In this document: piece by piece, positions 43,478-51,203 of the stretch
Position numbering within the stretch: position 1 is the first letter of the stretch
How the letters are laid out: the number at the start of each line of letters is the position of its first letter
Made by a program: the position numbers and the translations under genes
The notes under the pieces: model-generated
The model's database searches: none
The model's input: the letters and a program-made list of their open reading frames with translations, nothing else
Told to the model about the DNA's origin: nothing
Sequence record: DRR723986_5789
Reading direction: 5' to 3' (one strand)
DNA length: 51,203 nucleotides

Positions 43478-44971
43478 ATGTATTCTTCTGCCCGAAGAAC
43501 AGCTTCGCTTTTTCCATTGACTCGAGTTGCCGCGGCCATGCTACTAAGCTTGTCTTACAGCATCTCGGCTTACGCTGGCGGAACCGCATTTGACGCTACA
43601 AGCATTAGTGCCATGGGAAACGCTTCGGCAGGCCAGGCAGCAGAGGCAGGTGATGCTTCCGTTTTATTCGCTAACCCAGCTGCACTTACCCGGTTCAAGC
43701 GCGCTGAATTGACTCAAGGTGCCGCTGTAATCACAATCGGCACGGACTACACGTCCACTCAAAATAACGATGGTGCGGACTCTGGTGCACCACAGGGCCA
43801 AAACGGCCAGGTATTCAGCCGCAAAGATGGTTATGACGCTGGCGCACTCGCCCCCAACCTGTTCATCGCGATTCCAATCAACGAAAAACTGGTAATGGGA
43901 TTTGGCGCGTCTGCCTCTCATGGTCTTGTCATTCATTACGATGAAAATTTTCCGGGGCGAAATCAAGGCCGGGATATTGACTTCAAAGTGACCCGCCTGA
44001 ACCTGGGTTTCGGTTACAAATTAAGCCCCACGCTATCTTGGGGATTGAACGGATCGTATGAACGTTATTTTCAGTCCATCAAGTTGAAGCTAAATTATCG
44101 TGAAGCGGTAGAGGCTTTGGGCGGACCTGCTGCAATCGCATTGCTGGAAAGTCCAGTGGGAGCGCTTGCTGGGGCTCCACCCATTCCCGGTGAAAGCAAT
44201 GCTGGCTTGCGCATGTTTGGCTGGGCTTTCAACGCCCAATTGGGCGGATTGTGGGAACCCACCGAAAACACACGCATCGGTATTTCCTATCGCCCTAAAA
44301 CAGAGTTTACCGGCAACCGTGGCAAGTTCAAGCTCGATGATTCGCCGGAACAAGCCGCTTTTCGCGCATTTCTGAATAGTGACAGCTTTATCAATAATCT
44401 TGCCTTTAGCGCTTTGGGTGTGAATGGCCCGGAAGCTGCCGGGGATTTGGCACCAGAACAAATCATCAAGCAGGAAATTTCGCTGCCCGATGAACTACGA
44501 CTCTCAGTGTTTCATCACGCCACACCCAAACTGGATTTAATGGCGACCTACACACGTCAGGATTTTTCAGTGACTACCTTGAATTTCGTGCGGGAAAGCA
44601 ATGGCCGAACCCTGGAGAATATTCCTCAAAATTTTGTAGCCGCAGAGTCTTATAGAGTGGGCTTGAATTACAAGTTGTACAAAAGGCTCACGTTGCGAGC
44701 AGGCTACGCGGTTGAAAACAGCGTGATTGACGATGCCACCCGAATCACGATCTTGCCAGACAGTGATCGACAGTATTTTGCTTTTGGTGGTCAGTTTGAT
44801 TTGAGCCGCGACACCAGCATTCACTTTGCTTACCAAAAACTGGATACAGACCCTGCGCCAGTAGGCAACAACTCCGGCATCACGCCGCCTGAAGTACGCG
44901 GCGGTGACTTTAGAGGCAATGTACAACTAGACACCCACTTCTTCGGGATTGGCTTCACCGAACGGTTTTAA
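43478..44971 (+). CDS. OmpP1/FadL/TodX family outer-membrane channel
   Basis: Signal peptide, MGNASAG...DASVLFANPAAL (NPA motif), LRAGY, ILPDSDR and C-terminal Phe. Confidence 0.88.
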   Translation: MYSSARRTASLFPLTRVAAAMLLSLSYSISAYAGGTAFDATSISAMGNASAGQAAEAGDASVLFANPAALTRFKRAELTQGAAVITIGTDYTSTQNNDGADSGAPQGQNGQVFSRKDGYDAGALAPNLFIAIPINEKLVMGFGASASHGLVIHYDENFPGRNQGRDIDFKVTRLNLGFGYKLSPTLSWGLNGSYERYFQSIKLKLNYREAVEALGGPAAIALLESPVGALAGAPPIPGESNAGLRMFGWAFNAQLGGLWEPTENTRIGISYRPKTEFTGNRGKFKLDDSPEQAAFRAFLNSDSFINNLAFSALGVNGPEAAGDLAPEQIIKQEISLPDELRLSVFHHATPKLDLMATYTRQDFSVTTLNFVRESNGRTLENIPQNFVAAESYRVGLNYKLYKRLTLRAGYAVENSVIDDATRITILPDSDRQYFAFGGQFDLSRDTSIHFAYQKLDTDPAPVGNNSGITPPEVRGGDFRGNVQLDTHFFGIGFTERF

Positions 44972-46402
44972 TTACGACTGCACACCAAGTGCACGGAACA
45001 AGCCAGCAATCAAGGTGGCGTAATTGGTTTGTTCCGTGGCCAGGGCCTGTTCGGCGTTGGCATACACACGCTGTGCATCCACCACATCCAGAAAACTCAC
45101 CAAGCCCAACTGGTACAGGGCATCTGCCTGCTCAAAGCTCCGTTTACTGGACACCACTGCCTTGCCAAGCGCAATTTGGCGTGATGCGGAGGAGTCAATC
45201 GCAGTCAAGGAATTTTCAACTTCCTGGGTAACTACCCTTAGCACTTGCTCGTACTCAGCCAGTGCACCCTCGGCTCTGGCCATGGCCGCATTCAATCGAG
45301 CGTCGCGTGCGCCACCGTCGTATACCACTTGATTCAACAAAGCCGCCAAAGAACCAATCAATATGCTGGTGGCGGGATTTGAATTGATCGCGGTGCTGCC
45401 GATTTGTATATTGGCCATTAACTCAATACTGGGGTAGAAATCAGCTTGTGCCGCGCCTACATCAGCGGCCGCCTGTGCAAACCGGGCCTGCGCCAATTGA
45501 ACATCGGGGCGGGCTTGTATCACCTGAAAAGGCACACTCGCCGGGATGCCCAACCCGTACTCTGGCAACTCACCCTCGGGCCTGAGCAACTGCTCGTAAG
45601 CCCCAGGAAATTGGCCGCTCAGGGTCGCCAAACGGTGGCGGGAGTCTTGCAGTGCCTGTTGCAACGGGGCAATACTCGCACGGAGATTTTCAACTGAAGT
45701 TTCGGCCCGTCGAACGTCCAACTCCGGTGACAAACCACTTTCAAATCGAGCTTGAACAATGGCAAGCGTTTTCTCCTGCAACCCCACAGATTCACGCAAC
45801 ATGGCCAATTGTTTTTGATTGCCACGCAAACTCAAATACTCTTGGGCCACGGCTGTGCTGGTTTCAATAATTTGCGCGCGCAAACCAGCCTGCTCAGCCA
45901 TCAAATTGGCTGCTGCTGCTCGAACTTCCTGCTCAACCCGACCAGCCAAATCAATGGGCAAGATAAAACCCAAACCCAATAGAGCACTTCGTTCATCCCG
46001 CGCATTGTTGCTACCCGAATTGTTGGGGGTGTTGTTGTTTCGATCTGATTTTTGGCCACTAACCTCCGCATCCAGTTCAACCAACAATGAATCACCAGCC
46101 TCACTGAGCTGAAGCAACGCGCGGGCTTCCTTGACACGCGCTGCAACTGCGGCGATTTGGAAATTATTTTGTATGCTTGTGCTCACCAGTTCATTCAAAA
46201 CAGGGTCGTTGAAACCCTCCCACCAGCGTACTCCGGCCACTCCGGCATCTTTCGCGCTGCTCAAACTCTGAAGAATTTCTTGTGCAACAAACCTTTCAGG
46301 CGGACTTGTTTCAGACTTGGGCAGTTCAGGCACAGTCATAGCGCATCCCCACAGCAAAGCGATCGGCCAAATCAGAGCAATCATCCAGGCGGCGCGCCTC
46401 AT
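44972..46402 (-). CDS. RND efflux outer-membrane factor (NodT/OprM-like lipoprotein)
   Basis: Lipobox LWGC, WWEGFNDPVL, RPDV, ADFYP, GLVSFLDVVDAQR and LFRALG. Confidence 0.92.
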   Translation of the reverse strand: MRRAAWMIALIWPIALLWGCAMTVPELPKSETSPPERFVAQEILQSLSSAKDAGVAGVRWWEGFNDPVLNELVSTSIQNNFQIAAVAARVKEARALLQLSEAGDSLLVELDAEVSGQKSDRNNNTPNNSGSNNARDERSALLGLGFILPIDLAGRVEQEVRAAAANLMAEQAGLRAQIIETSTAVAQEYLSLRGNQKQLAMLRESVGLQEKTLAIVQARFESGLSPELDVRRAETSVENLRASIAPLQQALQDSRHRLATLSGQFPGAYEQLLRPEGELPEYGLGIPASVPFQVIQARPDVQLAQARFAQAAADVGAAQADFYPSIELMANIQIGSTAINSNPATSILIGSLAALLNQVVYDGGARDARLNAAMARAEGALAEYEQVLRVVTQEVENSLTAIDSSASRQIALGKAVVSSKRSFEQADALYQLGLVSFLDVVDAQRVYANAEQALATEQTNYATLIAGLFRALGVQS

Positions 46403-49400
46403 GCCTTCACCTCACCCTTTTTCAAACTGGCTTCGTATTCTTCAATCTCCTTGTCCAACATCTCTGCGGCGTGCGCCCTTGGCTTCATGTAAGGTGCAAT
46501 AAAGCTATAGCCCATGGGAGCGAGGTACAGGGTAAACAGTGTAGACAATCCCAAACCGCCCAACACAACCCATGCAATCGCCTCTCGAGCCTCTGCACCT
46601 GGACCTGACGTCAATACCAATGGCAGTACACCCAGCAAGGTGGACAGCACCGTCATTGCGATTGGACGAAGTCGCATGCGTGCGCCCTCCCGAATGGCCG
46701 ATTCAATGCTGTACCCTTCATCACGAAGCTGATCCATCAGTTCAACCAGCAAAATCGCATTCTTTGTCATCAGGCCAATCAGCAACACCAACCCAATCTG
46801 ACTGAACAAGTTGAGCGACTGGTTCGTAATCAACAGTGCAAACACCGCTGCGGCCAAACCAAACGGCACGGTAAACATCACAACCAAAGCACTTCCAACA
46901 CTTTCAAATTGCGCCGCCAACACCAGAAACACCACAATCAGCGCCACAGCAAAAGTGATCAACATTTCATTGGAAGTTTCTTCCAGGGTGGCTGCTTCAC
47001 CCAAAAAAATCAGCGTGGCCGAAGATGGCAGAGTGCTATCCGCAACCGCGCGTATTTGTTGCATGGTGGTTCCAAGATCGGTCCCTGGCGGTATACCAAT
47101 GTTCAATTCGACTGCCCTGCGCTGTGCATGTCGGTCAAGTTCGGCAGCCACACCCCTTTCTTGCACCTTGATCATTGAAGCAAGCGGTACCAGTTGCCCG
47201 GTGTCGCTACTGGTGTATATGTTCAGCAAATCCAATGGTGAATTCAGACTGCCATTGCTTGAGCCCAGCATCACTGGCACGGCTTGATCCCCAACACTGA
47301 GATCTAGCAACTGGTATTCGTCGGCCATGATTTGTAAGGTCTGGGTAATGCGGCTCACCGGAACCTGCAAATCACTGGCTTTCTCGCGATCGATTTCAAA
47401 TCCGAGTTCAGGCTGTGAGGTGTCATATTGAACGCGCACGTCCTGAACAGCGTCAATCTGCTTGATCAAGGCATCTGCCAATGAATCTGCATTGTTGGCC
47501 AACACATCGTAGTCGTCGCCCAGCAAAGCAATTTGCAAACCGCCGCCGCCACCGCGGATGTTCAAGCTGCTTTCATTTTGAAAACGCACTTGAGCGCCTG
47601 GAATGCTCGAGAGCTCCTTGCTCAGTTTGGCTGCGAGTTCCTGCTGAGTGGTGTCGCGCTGACTCCAGTCTGCCAAATTGGCTTGAATAGCTACACGGTT
47701 TTTGTCGTATCGACCCACAATGGTGAACATGTCAGTGATTAACCCTTGTTCCTGATAGGGTCTCATGATGCTCTCGGCGATTTGCCCCTGCCTGCCACTG
47801 TATTCCAGTGACGCACCATCGGGCCCGGTGAAATCCACCACTAAGCGCCCTCTGTCTTCCGGAGGAACCAGCTCCTGGTTCAACAAGGTGAATGTAACGC
47901 CACCGGCAATAGCGACACCCAAAAACACCACTAGAAACACCAACCGATGTTTCAGAAAGCCATCGAGAGTGAGGAAATAAGCATTGGCGATTCGTTCACC
48001 GAGGCTTTGTAACACCCCCAACCATCGGGCTCCTTGACCTGTCGGGGGCACGTCATCTTTCAACAACTTGGCAGCCAGCATGGGACACAGACTCAAGGCC
48101 ACAAAGGTACTGATGATTACCGACATGGACAGGACCATGCCAAACTCCCGAAACAGTCGGCCTGTTTCACCCGGTAAAAAAGCGATCGGCAAAAACACCG
48201 CAACCAAGGAGGCAGTGGTCGCGATGACCGCAAAGAAAACCTGTTGCGTGCCCAACACCGAAGCCACGGTAATGCTCTCGCCCAGTTTTTTGCGGCGTTG
48301 AATATTTTCAAGCACCACAATCGCATCGTCGACAATCAACCCTGTTGCGAGCACCAAAGCAAGCAAGGTCAGCATGTTGACCGAGAAGCCTGCCAGCCAG
48401 ATCGCGGCCAAAGTACCCACCAGCGATACGGGCATGGTCACCGCAGGTATCAATACGGCTTTCCATTGCCCCAGAAACAAAGCAATCACAATCAGAACCA
48501 CGATTACGGCGAATATCAGAGACGTCAATACCTCTTGCAAGGCACCTTTGATGAATACTGAGTCATCGGAAATCATGATGACCTGCAAATCTTTGGATTG
48601 CGCATTGATTTCAGCCATGCGCTTTTTCACATCGCCAGCGATCGCAATGGTGTTACCACCAGCCTGCCGCAATACGCCCATGCCCACGACTGCCCTGCCG
48701 TTCAACAGGGAATACGATTCAGCCGACATCGGGCCGTAATACACCTCCGCAACATCGCGAACACGTACTCCGTTTTTAACCAAGATGGAATTAATCGCCT
48801 CGGTGTCGATGGTAGAAGCATTTGCGCGCACCAATAGCTCTTGCTTGCCTGAGAGGTAACTGCCAGCTGGCACGTCAAGATTCATGGTTTGAAGACTACT
48901 CAGCACATCGGTCGCTACCATGCCATAGCGGGCCATTTTGGCGGGGTCCAGAAGCACGCGCAGCACGCGTGGCTGATTTCCGTTCAAGGGAACATCGGCA
49001 ACGCCATCGATCGACACAAATGCGGGCACCAAATCTCGCTCGACACGTTCGGCCAGATCCTGCATAGCCAAGGTATTGCTGTACACAGCAAGCTGAACCA
49101 CGGGCCGTGCATCGTCATCGGCTTTGATCACCAAAAGCTGGTCAAGGTTTTCAGGCAATTGATTGGTAATTCGGCTTATGGCCTCCCGCACATCGTTGGC
49201 AGCAGTATTCACATCGATATCCGGAGAAAACTCCATGCGCACCCGCATATTGTTCTCTTCGCTTGAACTTTGAATGCGCAATACGCCAGATACTCTGGCC
49301 ACTGCTCCCTCTACCTTGGCCGTCACTTCAGCGTCCATAGTGGTGGGCGAAGCACCTTGATAAACCGCCCGCACAACCACCACGGGCCTGTCAATATCGG

Positions 49401-49527
49401 GCAACTCCCGCACCTCTACGCCAAACATGCTGACAATGCCCGCCAGCATAATCAACAAGTTTAGTACCACGATTAACACGGGTCTTTTTAAACCCAGCGC
49501 GGTTAAACCATCCGTGGCGCGACTCAT
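46399..49527 (-). CDS. RND efflux permease (AcrB/HAE1 family)
   Basis: 1042 aa. Proton-relay motifs GLIVDDAIVVLEN, GLMTKNAILLVE and RLRPIAMT. Confidence 0.95.
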   Translation of the reverse strand: MSRATDGLTALGLKRPVLIVVLNLLIMLAGIVSMFGVEVRELPDIDRPVVVVRAVYQGASPTTMDAEVTAKVEGAVARVSGVLRIQSSSEENNMRVRMEFSPDIDVNTAANDVREAISRITNQLPENLDQLLVIKADDDARPVVQLAVYSNTLAMQDLAERVERDLVPAFVSIDGVADVPLNGNQPRVLRVLLDPAKMARYGMVATDVLSSLQTMNLDVPAGSYLSGKQELLVRANASTIDTEAINSILVKNGVRVRDVAEVYYGPMSAESYSLLNGRAVVGMGVLRQAGGNTIAIAGDVKKRMAEINAQSKDLQVIMISDDSVFIKGALQEVLTSLIFAVIVVLIVIALFLGQWKAVLIPAVTMPVSLVGTLAAIWLAGFSVNMLTLLALVLATGLIVDDAIVVLENIQRRKKLGESITVASVLGTQQVFFAVIATTASLVAVFLPIAFLPGETGRLFREFGMVLSMSVIISTFVALSLCPMLAAKLLKDDVPPTGQGARWLGVLQSLGERIANAYFLTLDGFLKHRLVFLVVFLGVAIAGGVTFTLLNQELVPPEDRGRLVVDFTGPDGASLEYSGRQGQIAESIMRPYQEQGLITDMFTIVGRYDKNRVAIQANLADWSQRDTTQQELAAKLSKELSSIPGAQVRFQNESSLNIRGGGGGLQIALLGDDYDVLANNADSLADALIKQIDAVQDVRVQYDTSQPELGFEIDREKASDLQVPVSRITQTLQIMADEYQLLDLSVGDQAVPVMLGSSNGSLNSPLDLLNIYTSSDTGQLVPLASMIKVQERGVAAELDRHAQRRAVELNIGIPPGTDLGTTMQQIRAVADSTLPSSATLIFLGEAATLEETSNEMLITFAVALIVVFLVLAAQFESVGSALVVMFTVPFGLAAAVFALLITNQSLNLFSQIGLVLLIGLMTKNAILLVELMDQLRDEGYSIESAIREGARMRLRPIAMTVLSTLLGVLPLVLTSGPGAEAREAIAWVVLGGLGLSTLFTLYLAPMGYSFIAPYMKPRAHAAEMLDKEIEEYEASLKKGEVKA

Positions 49528-50603
49528 TGCAGGGGGTCCTCAACCAACTCAACAACTACGCCTTCTGCAAGCCGCAAACCACCCTCAACTACAACAGTTT
49601 CACCCTCTTTGATGTTGCCATCGAGAAACACGCGGCCCTGCCGCCGGTCTGCAACACGCACATTCTCACGATCGGCTTTTCCATCGCGGATCATCCAGAC
49701 ATAAGAGCCCTCCCGATCCCATTGCAAAGCTATTTCAGGCACGGAAGCCAACATTTGCCCCTTGACTGCCATTTGAATTGCAAAAGACATACCTGGACGC
49801 AGTACGTCATCGGGATTATCGATGTTCGCTCGAAGCCGCAGAGATCGTTTTTCAACATTCAAACGACTGTCCAAAGCAACCACGCGGGCCTTGAATTCCC
49901 TGCCCGGGACAGATGGGGTGGTGGCCACTACCTTGATTTGATCCATGTTGCCAGCGTCCAATTGACCAACCAAGGCCTCGGGCACCTCAAAGTCTACGTA
50001 GATGATTTCACGTGAATCAACACCGGTGATCAATACGCCAGGGCCGATGCGCTGGCCTGGGTCAATGTCTGTGATGCCCACAACACCCGCAAATGGAGCA
50101 CGAATTTGATGGTTGGAAATCGCGAGTTTGGCTTGATCAACAGCCACTTGCGCAGCCTCGTAATCGGCTTGGGCGGAATCAACTTGGGTTTGTGGCACCG
50201 CCCCCTTGCCCACTGCTTGCTTGTATCTGTCAAGCAAGCTTTTGGTGTTCTTCAGTTGTACTTCCGCAAGCTTAAGAGCCAGCTGTTCTTCTCGATCGTC
50301 TTGTTGAACCAGTAACTCACCTTTTCTGACCTTCTGCTGAGGCTTGAACAAAACCTGTGTGACTTTCTCATCCACGATGGCAAAGACTTCTGCAGATTTG
50401 TCGGCCCAGCCGGTTGCAATGGCACCATACGAACTCGCGGTGGACTCAAGCTTTACAACCTCGACCAAGACCTTGGGCGCTGCGCCTTTGCTGCCCTGAT
50501 TGGGCGCATTGGTTGACGAATTTCCCAGCATTGTCTGAGAAACTGAGTAAGCAGCCCCCAAAAAGAGCACGAGAACCAGAAAATAAACCAGACGTTTGAC
50601 CAA
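49524..50603 (-). CDS. RND efflux periplasmic adaptor (MFP)
   Basis: N-terminal TM anchor, IRAPFAGVVG, LRPGM and VPEIAL. TTG 50603 after GGAG. Confidence 0.9.
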   Translation of the reverse strand: MVKRLVYFLVLVLFLGAAYSVSQTMLGNSSTNAPNQGSKGAAPKVLVEVVKLESTASSYGAIATGWADKSAEVFAIVDEKVTQVLFKPQQKVRKGELLVQQDDREEQLALKLAEVQLKNTKSLLDRYKQAVGKGAVPQTQVDSAQADYEAAQVAVDQAKLAISNHQIRAPFAGVVGITDIDPGQRIGPGVLITGVDSREIIYVDFEVPEALVGQLDAGNMDQIKVVATTPSVPGREFKARVVALDSRLNVEKRSLRLRANIDNPDDVLRPGMSFAIQMAVKGQMLASVPEIALQWDREGSYVWMIRDGKADRENVRVADRRQGRVFLDGNIKEGETVVVEGGLRLAEGVVVELVEDPLQ

Positions 50604-50777
50604 GCCAAAGGCTCCACTGCGAATGCGACGAGAAAGGTTATCACGTATGAAAGTACCTTCAACCAGACCAAAGTGCAGTGAATAAGTTCGGATATCCCCT
50701 AGTGGTTGGGGTAAACGATAGGAAAGTTGGGAATCCAATCAAGAGCTGGTGATGTGCAAGCTTCAAATGGGATGGCT

Positions 50778-50987
50778 TTAATCATCGGGTTCTTCGTCGT
50801 CATCGCTGACCGCATCAATGCCAGCTTCAACAACAGCGCCCGTGACCTTGATGCCTGTTGATACGACGGCCCCGGTAATTGAAATGGCAGCGCCCGCTGT
50901 GGCGCTTGCTACTGCGCAACCTTGAATGACTGGTAAAACAACTGCAGCCAGTGCGAAGAAAACTGCTTTGTTCAAGATCGGACCCAT
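50778..50987 (-). CDS. Small lipoprotein
   Basis: SD GAGGTG, lipobox IQGC, Ala/Gly/Val-rich amphipathic segment and acidic tail. Confidence 0.7.
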   Translation of the reverse strand: MGPILNKAVFFALAAVVLPVIQGCAVASATAGAAISITGAVVSTGIKVTGAVVEAGIDAVSDDDEEPDD

Positions 50988-51005
50988 GGTCACCTCGCAG
51001 CCATA

Positions 51006-51045
51006 AATAAAAAACGCTTCTGACCCTTTGGGTGAGAAGCGTTTT
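51006..51045 (-). terminator. Terminator of the tRNA operon
   Basis: AAAACGCTTCT-g-ACCC-ttt-GGGT-g-AGAAGCGTTTT hairpin with a U-tract on the minus strand just after tRNA-Glu. Confidence 0.8.
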
Positions 51046-51055
51046 GTGCCAAATT

Positions 51056-51131
51056 TGGCATCCCCAAGGGGATTCGAACCCCTGTTACCGCCGTGAAAGG
51101 GCGGTGTCCTAGGCCTCTAGACGATGGGGAC
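51056..51131 (-). tRNA. tRNA-Glu (TTC)
   Basis: GTCCCCATCGTCTAGAGGCCTAGGACACCGCCCTTTCACGGCGGTAACAGGGGTTCGAATCCCCTTGGGGATGCCA: 76-nt cloverleaf with encoded CCA. Confidence 0.97.
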
Positions 51132-51147
51132 CTAAAACTGTGTGCTT

Positions 51148-51203
51148 TGGTGGAGGTAAGCGGGATCGAACCGCTGACCTCTTGCATGCCATGCAAGCGC
51201 TCT
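51148..51203 (-). tRNA. tRNA-Ala (GGC), 5' end outside window
   Basis: ...AGAGCGCTTGCATGGCATGCAAGAGGTCAGCGGTTCGATCCCGCTTACCTCCACCA. Confidence 0.95.

Noticed and set aside
44972..51131. RND operon as a tRNA-anchored genomic island
   Set aside because: No integrase, no duplicated tRNA 3' end noticed and no obvious compositional shift.
50990..51196. 68-aa ORF in the ORF track
   Set aside because: It overlaps the tRNA-Ala and tRNA-Glu genes and is spurious.

Overview
A ~51 kb stretch of mostly core chromosome from a betaproteobacterium (Burkholderiales). Gene order, the HemD-HemX fusion and a roughly balanced GC content suggest a Limnobacter-like organism, which is inference only. Housekeeping content: 5' end of smc, queF, dapC-dapD-ArsC/YffB-prmB-ABC-F, GST, acyl-CoA ligase, serS, ftsK-lolA-rarA, trxB-Smr, nadE-glnB, ppa, hemC-hemDX-hemY, argH, a split TRAP transporter interrupted by a two-component pair, pmbA/yjgA-mog, a FadL-type channel, an RND efflux operon and tRNA-Ala/tRNA-Glu. 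I saw no transposase, integrase, reverse transcriptase or CRISPR array. Two spots stand out. (1) At 10.1-12.35 kb a terminator-bounded islet holds divergent NYN/PIN and GIY-YIG nuclease-fold genes that both appear to have lost catalytic acidic residues, followed by a ~200-nt highly structured intergenic region whose alternative pairings cover the SD of an orphan gene. (2) At 40.15-41.7 kb a perfect LexA box precedes a small DUF3717-like gene that converges on a PcfJ-like gene. A perfect FNR-type box between a terminator and an MFS start codon and a divergent FimV-like protein are also noted.
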